Below are positions 51,863-64,000 of a stretch of 64,000 nucleotides of DNA, piece by piece; position 1 is the first letter of the stretch, and each line of letters starts with the position of its first letter. Below the pieces are notes generated by a model, which was given only the letters and a program-made list of their open reading frames with translations, was not told the DNA's origin and did no database searches. Made by a program: the position numbers and the translations under genes. Where the stretch lies: NCBI GenBank assembly GCA_035606915.1, contig DATNDU010000008.1, forward strand, positions 12,857-76,856, in the 5' to 3' direction. The DNA comes from Roseiarcus sp. GTDB lineage: Bacteria > Pseudomonadota > Alphaproteobacteria > Rhizobiales > Beijerinckiaceae.

Positions 51863-53449
51863 TCATATGGGTATCTTCTGCGGCCGATTGCGGCGATACC
51901 ACAGCGCGATCATCATGCGCGTCATCGTCACCGCGGTAACGACCGAAGTGAGAATGCCGAGTCCCAGCGACACCGCAAAGCCGCGCACCGCCCCGGAACC
52001 GAAGAGATAGAGGATCGTCGCCGCCACGAACATGGTGACGTTGGAATCGATGATGGTGGCGAAGGCGCGGTGGTAGCCGGCATCGAGCGACGAGATGACG
52101 CTACGCCCCATGTGGTTTTCTTCGCGGATGCGCTCGTAGATCAGCACGTTGGAATCGACCGCCATGCCGATCGTGAACACGATGCCAGCGATGCCGGGCA
52201 GCGTCAGCGTCGCCCCGATCAGCACCATCGAGGCGAAGATGAACAGCACATGCACGCCCAGCGCGAGATCGGCGAACACGCCGAACACGCCGTAAGTGGT
52301 CAGCATGTAGACGACAACCAGCAGGCCGCCGACGAGCGCGGCGCGCTTGCCGGCGTCGATGGAATCCTGGCCGAGGCCGGGGCCGACGGTGCGTTCCTCG
52401 ACCGTCGTCAACTTCGCCGGCAGCGCACCGGAGCGCAGCAGCACCGCGAGCTGGTCGGCCTCCTCAACCGTGAAATTGCCGGTGATCTGGCCGGAACCGC
52501 CGGTGATCGGGCCGAGGATGCGCGGCGCGGAGATGACGACATTGTCGAGCACGATGGCGAACGGCCGGCCGACGTTGTTGCTCGTCACTTGCCCGAAACG
52601 CTGGCCGCCGCGCAGGTTGAAGCGGAAGCTGACGTCCGGCTCGCCGCTGCGGGAATCAAAGCCGGGCTGGGCGTCGGTCAAGTCCTCGCCGGCCACCATC
52701 ACCTGCTTTTCGACCTGAATGTCGCCGCCCTGCTGCATCTTCAGCGTCTCGACCTCGCTCGGCGGGTCGCTGGAGTCGGCGACGAGGCGGAAGGTCAGCT
52801 TGGCGGTGGTGCCGACGAGTTTCTTCAGCTGCGTCGTGTCTTGCAGTCCCGGCACCTCGATCAGCACGCGATCGGCGCCCTGGCGCTGGACGTTGGTTTC
52901 CTTGGTGCCCGAGGCGTTGAGGCGACGGTTGAGCACCTCGATAGACTGCGCGACGGCGCGCCGCACCTTGTCGTTGATGGCCGCGTCGGTCAGCGTCATC
53001 CTTATGACGCCGTTATTGTCGGCGATACTCAGCAACCGGCCGCCCGCGCCCCCTATCGAGCTGCTGATCGGTTGATTGAGGGTCTGGAGCAGTTGCAGCG
53101 ACTTGGCGCGCTCGGCGGCTTCGGCGATGCGCACGACAACGCCGCGTGGCTGCACGCCGACGCCGCCGGTCAGCGGGATCTTGGCCTCGCGCAGCTTGGC
53201 GCGCACGTCGTCGCGCAATTGCTCGACCTGGCCCTTGATGAGCTGGTTCTTGTCGACCTCCATCAGCAGATGCGCTCCGCCTTGCAGGTCCAGGCCGAGG
53301 GTGATGGGCCGCGCCGGCAGCCACGACGGCAACGTGCGTTCCAGCGCCGCGACGGCGGCTGGCTCCAGGAAGCTCGGAACGACGAGCAGGACGGCGACGG
53401 CGACCATCGCGAATATGGCGACGATCTGCCAAGTGGCGATGCGCAACAT
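51863..53449 (-). CDS. secD: Protein translocase subunit SecD
   Basis: LGLDLQGG, RVLIEVPG, FAIVLDN, TVGPGLGQDSI, TLPGIAG, GMAVDSNVLIYERIREE. Confidence 0.97.
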   Translation of the reverse strand: MLRIATWQIVAIFAMVAVAVLLVVPSFLEPAAVAALERTLPSWLPARPITLGLDLQGGAHLLMEVDKNQLIKGQVEQLRDDVRAKLREAKIPLTGGVGVQPRGVVVRIAEAAERAKSLQLLQTLNQPISSSIGGAGGRLLSIADNNGVIRMTLTDAAINDKVRRAVAQSIEVLNRRLNASGTKETNVQRQGADRVLIEVPGLQDTTQLKKLVGTTAKLTFRLVADSSDPPSEVETLKMQQGGDIQVEKQVMVAGEDLTDAQPGFDSRSGEPDVSFRFNLRGGQRFGQVTSNNVGRPFAIVLDNVVISAPRILGPITGGSGQITGNFTVEEADQLAVLLRSGALPAKLTTVEERTVGPGLGQDSIDAGKRAALVGGLLVVVYMLTTYGVFGVFADLALGVHVLFIFASMVLIGATLTLPGIAGIVFTIGMAVDSNVLIYERIREENHMGRSVISSLDAGYHRAFATIIDSNVTMFVAATILYLFGSGAVRGFAVSLGLGILTSVVTAVTMTRMMIALWYRRNRPQKIPI

Positions 53450-53818
53450 TTACTTCGCAGCTTTGGCGGGCGGAGCGGGTGGCGCATCCTTGCCGGCCTC
53501 GCCGCGCGAACGCACATCGGCGATGCCGGAGCGGACGAGGCGGACGCGCAGGTTGGGCGCGAGTTCCAGCTCGACCTCGCTGTCGTCGACGGATTTGGTG
53601 ACCTTGCCGATGAGGCCGCCGCTCGTCACCACGATGTCGCCGCGCTTGGCCGCTTGCACCATCAGACGCTGCTGCTTGGCGCGCTGCTGCTGCGGCCGCA
53701 AAATGAGAAAGTACATGATGATGAAGATGACGACGAAGGGCGCGAACTGAATCAGCATGTCGGTCGACCCCAGCGGGGCCGCGCCGCTGGCTTGCGCGAA
53801 GGCGGGCGTAATAAACAA
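53450..53818 (-). CDS. yajC: Preprotein translocase subunit YajC
   Basis: IMYFLILRPQQQR, GDIVVTSGGLIGKV. Confidence 0.95.
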   Translation of the reverse strand: MFITPAFAQASGAAPLGSTDMLIQFAPFVVIFIIMYFLILRPQQQRAKQQRLMVQAAKRGDIVVTSGGLIGKVTKSVDDSEVELELAPNLRVRLVRSGIADVRSRGEAGKDAPPAPPAKAAK

Positions 53819-54057
53819 GGGGACAGGCTCCGAAAAGCCGGCCGAATTGAGGGCCGGCGCGGCGCGGCCGGTCTATATACCGGGGCGCGCGGCGAAGGCA
53901 ATGCGGTATGCGCGCTTCCCGTTGCGGCGAAGCCACGGCTGTCGTAATCTTGCCCCGCAGGGCAGACACCGGGCTGGCATTGTCGAAATGTTTGCGTTAA
54001 TGAAACTTAAAGGCCGATGCGCCACCCTGTGTGAACATGGAGTAGCGGCGTAAACGT

Positions 54058-55209
54058 ATGACCCATTGGACCGACGCGGCCGAACTTATCGGCGACCGTG
54101 ATTGTGGCGCGCAGCGTATGGGCGCGCAAGGGTTGGCAGCTCGCTACGCGCCGGGCGCGCTCGCTTTCGCGCTGAGCGCCGCGCTGGGGGTCTATCTCGT
54201 CTACCTGCGGCCCTTCCTGCATGCGCCGGCGCCGATGACGTCGCCGGCGGCCGAAGCTTCGCCGTTCGGCAGCCTCGTGGCGCTTGCTCCGCCGTTCGGC
54301 AGCCTCGTGGCGCTTGCGCCGCCGCCGTCTCCGGTCGCCGCCACTCCTGCTGCCGTAAACAAGCCGGCCGTCGCTGAGCCCGCGCCGCAAGCGGTCGCCA
54401 ATCCCTTTGGCGCGCTGGTGATTAAGGGTTTCGGCTCGGCCGCTCGTTTTGACATCGCCGAGGCGCCGGTGCCCCTGCCCCCGGCGCCGCCGGCCGATTT
54501 ACGCCCCATCGAGGAAGCAGCGGCGCCGCTGCCGCCGCGTCGGCCGACGGTGCTTGCGAGCCTCGAAGCGCCCGAGGCTGACGCGCGGTCGCGGCCTTCG
54601 GCGACGCCTGAAGCGCCCAAACCCGCCGCGACTCCCGGGATTTTCGAGAAATTGTTCGGCGACGCGGGCTCGCGCGCGGCCAAGACGCCGGCGCTCGCCT
54701 ATGCCGCGCCGCCCCCGGTAAGCGGCAGCGGCAGTGTTGCGCTCGCCGGGCGTTCAGGCATGAGTGGTTCGAGCGGCGGGTTCGGCAATTTCCTGCGCGG
54801 GCTGTCTTTCGGCTCCAACCCGACTTCGCGCTTCGGCGATCACGTCGCCGTCTACGACATCTCCGCCCGCGCCGTTTACCTGCCCGACGGCACTCGGCTC
54901 GAAGCCCATTCCGGCCTCGGCGTCGCGCGCGACGACCCGTCCAAAGTCAGCGAGCGCATGCGCGGCGCGACGCCGCCGGCAACCTATGCGCTGTCGCCGC
55001 GCGAAGAACTGTTCCATGGCGTCGCCGCGCTGCGGCTGACGCCGATCGGCAGCAATATCTACGGCCGCGCCGGCCTGCTCGCCCATACTTATATGCTGGG
55101 GCCGGACGGCGATTCCAACGGCTGCGTCTCCTTCCGCAACTATGACGCGTTCCTTCGCGCCTTCCGCAACGGGGCGATCACCAAGCTCGTCGTGGTGTCG
55201 CGGCTCTGA
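54058..55209 (+). CDS. Membrane-anchored DUF2778 (Tlde1-like L,D-transpeptidase fold) protein
   Basis: TM near the N-terminus, Pro/Ala-rich linker, C-terminal AVYDISA...LEAHSGLG...GATPP...LAHTYMLGPDGDSNGCVSF. Confidence 0.8.
   Translation: MTHWTDAAELIGDRDCGAQRMGAQGLAARYAPGALAFALSAALGVYLVYLRPFLHAPAPMTSPAAEASPFGSLVALAPPFGSLVALAPPPSPVAATPAAVNKPAVAEPAPQAVANPFGALVIKGFGSAARFDIAEAPVPLPPAPPADLRPIEEAAAPLPPRRPTVLASLEAPEADARSRPSATPEAPKPAATPGIFEKLFGDAGSRAAKTPALAYAAPPPVSGSGSVALAGRSGMSGSSGGFGNFLRGLSFGSNPTSRFGDHVAVYDISARAVYLPDGTRLEAHSGLGVARDDPSKVSERMRGATPPATYALSPREELFHGVAALRLTPIGSNIYGRAGLLAHTYMLGPDGDSNGCVSFRNYDAFLRAFRNGAITKLVVVSRL
54260..54319. repeat. 30-bp in-frame tandem duplication (PFGSLVALA x2)
   Basis: cgccgttcggcagcctcgtggcgcttgc(t/g)c twice. 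Confidence 0.85.
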
Positions 55210-55868
55210 CGGCCGCCATCCGCGACCGCCGCGCCTTCATCCTGCAAAACACCCGCCTGCTGGCGCCGCCGTTGACGCCGGAGCTTTGCCTGCATCTGGC
55301 CGACGAAGCTGTTCCCCTGTGGCTGAAGACGGAGGAGGAGCTTGGCGAAATCGGCCTGCCGCCGCCGTTCTGGGCCTTCGCCTGGGCCGGCGGGCAGGCG
55401 CTCGCCCGCCATATCGGCGACCATCCCGAATGCGTGCGCGCTCGGCGCACGCTCGATTTCGCCAGCGGCTCCGGCCTCGTGGCGATCGCGGCGGCGCGCG
55501 CCGGGACGTTGCGGATCGAGGCCAGCGAGATCGACCCGTTCGCGCTCGCCGCGATCGCGCTCAACGCCGAGGCCAACGGCGTCGAAATTTTTGTGCGGCC
55601 CGACGATCTGGTCGGCCAGGACGAGGGCTGGGAGGTCGTGCTCGCCGGCGACGTCTCCTATGAGCGCGACATGGCCGCCGCCGTCGCCGACTGGCTGGAG
55701 CGGCTGGCGCTTCGCGGCGCCGAGGTGCTTGTCGGCGATCCCGGACGCGCCTATCTGCCGCGCCAACGGCTCGAAAAGATAGCTGAATACAGCGTGCCGG
55801 TGACGCGCGAACTCGAAGACTGCGAGATCAAGCGCACCGGCGTCTACCGCTTCCGCATCGCCTGCTGA
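55206..55868 (+). CDS. Class I SAM-dependent methyltransferase (protein-lysine MTase, ETFBKMT/PrmA-like)
   Basis: PPPFWAFAWAGGQALARH, LDFASGSGL, AGDVSYE, GDPGRAYLP. Start may be CTG 55206 (overlapping the upstream TGA) or TTG 55272. Confidence 0.8.
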   Translation: MTAAIRDRRAFILQNTRLLAPPLTPELCLHLADEAVPLWLKTEEELGEIGLPPPFWAFAWAGGQALARHIGDHPECVRARRTLDFASGSGLVAIAAARAGTLRIEASEIDPFALAAIALNAEANGVEIFVRPDDLVGQDEGWEVVLAGDVSYERDMAAAVADWLERLALRGAEVLVGDPGRAYLPRQRLEKIAEYSVPVTRELEDCEIKRTGVYRFRIAC

Positions 55869-55892
55869 CAGAATCTGACGCTGGCCGCAGCC

Positions 55893-56283
55893 ATGACGCT
55901 CCCGCTGCATAAAGAGAGCGCCATGTCGGACATCACTTTCATCTTGCTCTATGTCGAGGACGTCGCCCGCAGCGCGGCGTTCTACGCGCGCCTGCTCGCC
56001 AAGCCGATTTCGGAATCCTCGGCCAATTTCGCGCTTATCCCCGCCGCGCCGGGGCTGATGCCGGGCTTGGGGCGGCGCAGCGAGGTTGCGCCCGCCGGCA
56101 GCGCCCCCGGCGCCGGCGAGATCGCGGTGAGGCTCGCCGACGAAGCCGCCGTGGAGGCCGAGCCCACGCGCTGGCGCCGCGGGCGTGCGCATCGCCCAGC
56201 CGCCGACGCTCATGGACTTCGGCTTCACCTGCGTCGGCCTCGATCCCGACGGCCATCGCATCCGCGCCCTCGCGCCGGCCTGG
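55893..56283 (+). pseudogene. Frameshifted VOC/glyoxalase-bleomycin-resistance family gene
   Basis: ILLYVEDVARSAAFYARLL in one frame and VRIAQPPTLMDFGFTCVGLDPDGHRIR in another; shift near 56170-56185; probable TGA stop reads TGG. Confidence 0.72.
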
Positions 56284-56497
56284 CGGGGTTTTCGGCGCAA
56301 GTTTATTCGGCGCCCATCGCTCGCGAACCGCATGACGCCGAAATGCTGGGATCGCCGCCGATCCTCGCCCTATGACGGAGCGCGAGGGGTCTTTAGCCTC
56401 GGCACGCCGAGGGATGAGGCGAGCCCGCGCTGGACAGACCCCGGCTTCGCCCTATATTCGCCGCCGCGTGTCTCGCGCGGGGCGATGTCTCGACCAC

Positions 56498-56947
56498 ATG
56501 ACCGACGCCATCATCGACCATTTCAGGGGCCTTGCCGCCGCCTATACCGACGCCATTCGCGCCAGCGACTTCAAGGCCAATATCGTTATGTTCTTTTTGT
56601 CGCTGACGATGGGGCCGGTCGTCTTCAATCACGAGAATTTCCCCGGCTTCCTGACTCTGCCGACGCTCCTCGCGCCGTTCATCCTCATATTCTTCTGCTT
56701 GTTCGTCGCCTTGTTGCCGCGCTACCCGCGTCGCGGGCGGGCGAGCTTTTTCATTTCCGGCAAAGCGACGCCGGCCGATTTCGCCTATCGCGGCCCGAAC
56801 CCCAACGAGGCGCAGGAATTGCAGTTGCGCGTGGCGATTCTGTCCGACATTCTCTACTGGAAGACGCTGTGCCTGCGCGTCGCCTTCTTCATCTGCATCG
56901 CTTGCGTCCTCGTCGCGGCGCCGCTGCTGGCGATTTACGCGCGATGA
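56498..56947 (+). CDS. Pycsar-effector-like (PycTM/DUF5706) membrane protein A
   Basis: IRASDFKAN + TM, TM + LLPRY, AILSDILYWKTLCLRVAF + TM; this D-x-K-A / L-x-P-R / K-before-last-TM layout matches what I recall of PycTM. No HMM was run. Confidence 0.72.
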   Translation: MTDAIIDHFRGLAAAYTDAIRASDFKANIVMFFLSLTMGPVVFNHENFPGFLTLPTLLAPFILIFFCLFVALLPRYPRRGRASFFISGKATPADFAYRGPNPNEAQELQLRVAILSDILYWKTLCLRVAFFICIACVLVAAPLLAIYAR

Positions 56948-57450
56948 TCGAGGAACTCGACGGCCACACGCTGCCCCGACGGCAAGTTTCGGCGCAGGAC
57001 GCGATGGCGCACTATCGCAACATCATTGGCGGCTTCACCGAGACCATCCGGCTCAGCGATTTCAAGGCCAATGTCGCCATCGTGTTCACCGGCATCATGA
57101 TGGGACCGGTGGTGTCGTTCAGGGCCAAGCTGCCGCACTACCTGCCGCTCGATGTCGCGCTGGCGCCGTTCCTCATCGTCTTCCTGTGCCTGCTGATCTG
57201 CCTCTATCCGCGCTATGGGCGCCAGGGGCGGGTGCATTTCGTCATCGCCCGTAACGCTGCGCCACATCTGTTCCCGGGGCCGGAGAGCGAAGACATCGAG
57301 ATCGAAAAGATGCAGACGTTGTGCGCGATCTTGTCGCGCATCCTCTACTGGAAAACGCTGATGCTGCTCATCAGCTTCTACACCTGCATCTTAACCGTCG
57401 CCGCCATCGCGCTGATGGTGGTTTTCGAAAGCTTGCCGCATCTGCAGTGA
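56944..57450 (+). CDS. Pycsar-effector-like (PycTM/DUF5706) membrane protein B, paralogue of A
   Basis: IRLSDFKAN, MGPVV, LAPF, LYPRY, AILSRILYWKTL. ATGA overlap with gene A. Confidence 0.72.
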   Translation: MIEELDGHTLPRRQVSAQDAMAHYRNIIGGFTETIRLSDFKANVAIVFTGIMMGPVVSFRAKLPHYLPLDVALAPFLIVFLCLLICLYPRYGRQGRVHFVIARNAAPHLFPGPESEDIEIEKMQTLCAILSRILYWKTLMLLISFYTCILTVAAIALMVVFESLPHLQ

Positions 57451-57528
57451 ATAGGTGAACCCGCATTAACTTTGCGGAAAGGACGCAGCCCTAGCTTCGC
57501 GCCTCGTTGCAAGCATCATGAGGCGCGT

Positions 57529-57795
57529 ATGTCGGACACGGATGGAATCGCCGGCTCCCGGATTCTCTCGATCATCGAGCGGATCGAGCAGCTCGAAGAG
57601 GAGATCAAGGCGCTCAACGAGGGCAAGAAGGAGGTCTTCGCCGAGGCCAAGGGCGAAGGTTACGACCTCAAGGTTTTGCGGGAAATCCTCAAGATCCGCA
57701 AGCTCGACCGCGACGAGCGCGACGAGCAGGAATCGCTGATCGACCTCTATATGCGCGCGATGAGCGAGGCCGAGCCGCAGAAGCAAGCCGCCTGA
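57529..57795 (+). CDS. gapR: Nucleoid-associated protein GapR (DUF2312/UPF0335)
   Basis: LSIIERIEQLEEEIKAL...KEVFAEAKGEGYDLKVLREILKIRK...EQESLIDLY. Confidence 0.9.
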   Translation: MSDTDGIAGSRILSIIERIEQLEEEIKALNEGKKEVFAEAKGEGYDLKVLREILKIRKLDRDERDEQESLIDLYMRAMSEAEPQKQAA

Positions 57796-57802
57796 GCGGG
57801 CG

Positions 57803-57834
57803 GCCGCGCGGTCCTGACGGGCCGCGCGGCTTTT
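57803..57834 (+). terminator. Rho-independent terminator after gapR
   Basis: gccgcgcggtcc-tgac-gggccgcgcggc followed by tttt. Confidence 0.8.
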
Positions 57835-58054
57835 CCGTCTCTAGCGCGACCGCCGCCGCCGATCCGGTCTTGGAAAGGCGGGTGCAACGGGCGAAGGGTC
57901 GGTTACAGATGACATAAAATGTCACTTAAAGCGCAAAGAAATACATCGAAGGTATCTCCGCTCTGCATTTGTTATACATTTATCATGCTGTTTGTGAAAA
58001 CTTTTCATCAGCACGCCTCTCATCCTCGTGGCGCAAATCCGTCTCCTCGGATGA

Positions 58055-59107
<1,053 letters not shown>

Positions 59108-59153
59108 TGCGTGACGCTTCTGCCCAGTCGGGCCGCATGACAGGAATTTTGCG

Positions 59154-60350
59154 ATGAACATCCACGAATATCAGGCCAAGGCGGTGCTACGGGCTTTCGC
59201 AGCGCCAGTCTCCGACGGTCGCCCGGCGTTCACGCCGCAAGAGGCGGCGGCGGCGGCGCGCGAATTGCCGGGGCCGCTCTATGTCGTCAAGTCGCAGATC
59301 CACGCCGGCGGCCGCGGCAAGGGCAAGTTCAAAGAGGCTTCCGCCGGGAGCGCCGGCGGCGTGCGCCTCGCCCGCTCCATCGACGAGGTGAAGGCCTTCG
59401 CCGACGAGATGCTGGGCGCGACGCTGGTCACCGTGCAGACCGGCCCGGCCGGCAAGCAGGTCAACCGGCTCTATATCGAGGACGGCTCCGACATCGCCAA
59501 GGAGCTTTACCTTTCGATGCTGGTCGACCGCAGCGCCGCGCGCATCGCCTTCGTCGTCTCCACCGAAGGCGGCGTCAATATCGAGGACGTCGCGCACAAT
59601 TCGCCGGAGAAGATCGTCAGCTTCGCCATCGATCCCGCCACCGGCATCATGCCGCATCACGGCCGCACGGCGGCGAAGGCGCTGGGCCTCACCGGCGATC
59701 TCGCCAAGCAATGCGAGGCGCTGACCGCCAAGCTGTACGCCGCCTTCGTCGCCAAGGACATGGCGATGCTGGAGATCAATCCGCTGGTCGTCACCAAACA
59801 GGGCCAGTTGAAGGTGCTCGACGCCAAAGTGTCGTTCGACGACAACGCGCTCTATCGCCACGCCGACATCCTGGCGCTGCGCGACGAAACCGAGGAGGAC
59901 GCCAAGGAGATCGAGGCGTCGAAATACGACCTCAACTATGTCACGCTCGACGGCACGATCGGTTGCATGGTCAACGGCGCCGGGCTGGCGATGGCGACGA
60001 TGGACATCATCAAGCTTTATGGCGAGTCGCCGGCCAATTTCCTCGACGTCGGCGGCGGCGCGACCAAAGAGAAGGTGACGGCGGCGTTCAAGATCATCAC
60101 CGCTGACCCCAACGTGAAGGGCATCTTGGTCAACATCTTCGGCGGCATCATGCGCTGCGACGTGATCGCGGAGGGCGTGATCGCGGCGGTGAAGGAAGTC
60201 GGCCTGAAGGTTCCGCTGGTGGTGCGGCTGGAGGGGACGAACGTCGAGCTGGGCAAGAAGATCATCCGCGAGTCGGGGTTGAACGTGATCCCGGCCGACG
60301 ATTTGGACGATGCGGCGCAGAAGGTGGTGAGCGCAGTGAAGAAGGGGTGA
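59154..60350 (+). CDS. sucC: Succinyl-CoA synthetase beta subunit
   Basis: [58 protein letters not shown]. Confidence 0.98.
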   Translation: MNIHEYQAKAVLRAFAAPVSDGRPAFTPQEAAAAARELPGPLYVVKSQIHAGGRGKGKFKEASAGSAGGVRLARSIDEVKAFADEMLGATLVTVQTGPAGKQVNRLYIEDGSDIAKELYLSMLVDRSAARIAFVVSTEGGVNIEDVAHNSPEKIVSFAIDPATGIMPHHGRTAAKALGLTGDLAKQCEALTAKLYAAFVAKDMAMLEINPLVVTKQGQLKVLDAKVSFDDNALYRHADILALRDETEEDAKEIEASKYDLNYVTLDGTIGCMVNGAGLAMATMDIIKLYGESPANFLDVGGGATKEKVTAAFKIITADPNVKGILVNIFGGIMRCDVIAEGVIAAVKEVGLKVPLVVRLEGTNVELGKKIIRESGLNVIPADDLDDAAQKVVSAVKKG

Positions 60351-60515
60351 GCGGATATAGTGGCGCTTCGTTGGGGTTTCCGCCGTTGTGCGACGAGGAG
60401 TCCGATGCGCAACTCGACGAGAGTTTGCGTCCCGAAGAGAGGCTCGCCGCCGAAATCGAAGCTCAGAGTTAAGCGCAGAGGGAAGCTAGAGGTTCGGAGC
60501 AGCGAGCGATTGACA

Positions 60516-60863
60516 ATGCCAAAGATCACCATCGACCTGGATGACCGCCTCGCGGAGCGACTCGCCACCGTGTCATGCGCACGCAACCTCACGGTCGAGG
60601 AGTGGTTGCGGGTGCAAGCGGAACAAGCGGCCCCGCCAGAGGCGGATTTCCCTATCGAGAATTCCTCGCACCGCGCCGTCCTCGCTTCCCTCGACCGGCC
60701 TGAGGGCTATTACGAGTCGCCCTGTGATGAAATTCACGACCGTGAACTCGCCCGTGCCGAGGCTTATATCGCCGCCCGAGAAGTTCTGCTTGAACTGATC
60801 GACAACACACAAGGCGACATGGGCGCACAGGTCTGGAACAGAGGAAAGCTCTATGAGCCCTGA
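60516..60863 (+). CDS. Putative antitoxin with an RHH/CopG-like N-terminus
   Basis: [16 protein letters not shown]; ends WNRGKLYEP like VapB-type partners; overlaps a PIN remnant by 11 bp. Confidence 0.6.
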   Translation: MPKITIDLDDRLAERLATVSCARNLTVEEWLRVQAEQAAPPEADFPIENSSHRAVLASLDRPEGYYESPCDEIHDRELARAEAYIAAREVLLELIDNTQGDMGAQVWNRGKLYEP

Positions 60864-60990
60864 CTGTTTCCTCGACACCAACGTGTTGTTCTACGCCGCG
60901 ATGGGGCGCTTCTCCGCTCCGGAGAAATACCTCAACGACGGGCAAGCCTACGGTTTCGTCCGCGCCCTCAACCCTTTCAAGCCACACTGA
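60853..60990 (+). pseudogene. Internally deleted PIN-domain (VapC-like) toxin, 45 aa
   Basis: Manual translation [45 protein letters not shown]: a PIN N-terminal FLDTN motif joined to a PIN C-terminal tail (LxxGQxYG..NPF). Confidence 0.75.
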
Positions 60991-61009
60991 GTTCAACCCG
61001 GAACCGCCC

Positions 61010-61897
61010 ATGTCTATCCTCATCGATGCACAAACCAAAGTCATCACCCAGGGCTTCACCGGCAAGAACGGCACGTTCCATTCGGAGCAGGCAGTCAAAT
61101 ACGGCACCAAGGTGGTCGGCGGCGTCTCGCCCGGCAAGGGCGGCGCGCGGCATCTCGGCTTGCCGGTGTTCGATACTGTGGCGCAAGCGCGCGCCGAGAC
61201 CCAAGCCGACGCCTCGGTGATCTATGTGCCGCCGCCAGGCGCGGCGGATGCGATCTGCGAGGCGATCGTCGCGGAGACGCCGCTCATCGTCTGCATCACC
61301 GAGGGCATCCCAGTCCTCGACATGGTGCGCGTCAAGCGGGCGCTGAGCGGTTCGAAATCACTGCTCGTCGGCCCCAATTGCCCCGGCGTGATGACGGCGG
61401 GCGCGTGCAAGATCGGCATCATGCCCGGCAACATCTTCGCCAAGGGCAGCGTCGGCATTGTTTCGCGCTCCGGCACGCTTACCTATGAGGCCGTGTTCCA
61501 GACAACCCGCGTGGGGCTTGGCCAGACCACCGCCGTCGGCATCGGCGGCGATCCCGTCAAGGGCATGGATTTCATCGACGTGCTCGAACTTTTCCTCGCC
61601 GACGACGACACCAAATCGATCGTCATGATCGGCGAGATCGGCGGCAGCGCCGAAGAAGACGCCGCGCAATTCCTGAAGGACGAGGCGAAAAAGGGCCGCG
61701 CCAAGCCGGTCGTCGGCTTCATCGCCGGCCGCACCGCGCCGCCGGGCCGCCGCATGGGCCATGCCGGGGCGATCATCGCCGGCGGCAAGGGCGGCGCCGA
61801 GGACAAGATCGCCGCCATGGAAGCGGCCGGCATCCGCGTCTCGCCCTCGCCGGCAAGGCTCGGCAAGACGCTCGTCGACATGCTGAACGGCAAATAG
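61010..61897 (+). CDS. sucD: Succinyl-CoA synthetase alpha subunit
   Basis: [46 protein letters not shown]. Confidence 0.98.
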   Translation: MSILIDAQTKVITQGFTGKNGTFHSEQAVKYGTKVVGGVSPGKGGARHLGLPVFDTVAQARAETQADASVIYVPPPGAADAICEAIVAETPLIVCITEGIPVLDMVRVKRALSGSKSLLVGPNCPGVMTAGACKIGIMPGNIFAKGSVGIVSRSGTLTYEAVFQTTRVGLGQTTAVGIGGDPVKGMDFIDVLELFLADDDTKSIVMIGEIGGSAEEDAAQFLKDEAKKGRAKPVVGFIAGRTAPPGRRMGHAGAIIAGGKGGAEDKIAAMEAAGIRVSPSPARLGKTLVDMLNGK

Positions 61898-61907
61898 GGA
61901 GGCCGTC

Positions 61908-64000
<2,093 letters not shown>

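Noticed and set aside
53997-54010. CtrA-like box ttaa-tgaaac-ttaa (also 16152-16164 and 57456-57470)
   Set aside because: Spacing is 5-6 nt or a half-site is degenerate, versus the TTAA-N7-TTAAC consensus.
56185-57450. 421-aa ORF as a single gene
   Set aside because: It is the distal half of the VOC pseudogene, ~200 codons of shadow sequence over gene A, and the real gene B starting at 56944.
60360-60515. N-terminal extension making the antitoxin 167 aa
   Set aside because: The extension looks non-coding; ATG 60516 gives a typical RHH start.

Overview
High-GC alphaproteobacterial chromosome segment; the gene set (gapR, DUF1214/DUF1254, DUF2778, NDUFAF3/6-like genes behind secDF, mdh-sucCD-sucA) points to Hyphomicrobiales. 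About 1-19.6 kb and 47.3-64 kb are core genome: cdsA-uppS-frr, soxA/soxG, trmJ, purU, nadE, PBP1A, an HDAC-family deacetylase, aatA, gph, tRNA-Val(CAC), recG, yajC-secD-secF, gapR and the TCA operon. Between tRNA-Val and recG lies a ~27.6 kb accessory island with no visible integrase, made of three modules. (A) An MFS transporter, PuuE-like allantoinase and racemase beside a regulator in which an IS481-type transposase HTH is fused to a GntR/FCD protein. (B) A FadR regulator and a 14.4 kb, 11-gene operon: FAH, alpha/beta-hydrolase, amidohydrolase, Liv-type ABC transporter, an ABC-ATPase fused to a Tm-1/UPF0261 domain, a TIM-barrel partner, a long flotillin, and two SRPBCC proteins, one fused to a quinone-oxidoreductase domain. 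(C) LacI, a COG0523 metallochaperone, a sugar-type ABC transporter and a cyclase-family hydrolase. The most striking candidates for undescribed systems are a translationally coupled pair of paralogous Pycsar-effector-like (PycTM/DUF5706) membrane genes at 56.5-57.45 kb with no cyclase in the window, the Tm-1/flotillin/SRPBCC operon, and the IS481-HTH-GntR fusion. All family assignments come from recognising motifs by eye; no database searches or GC calculations were run.
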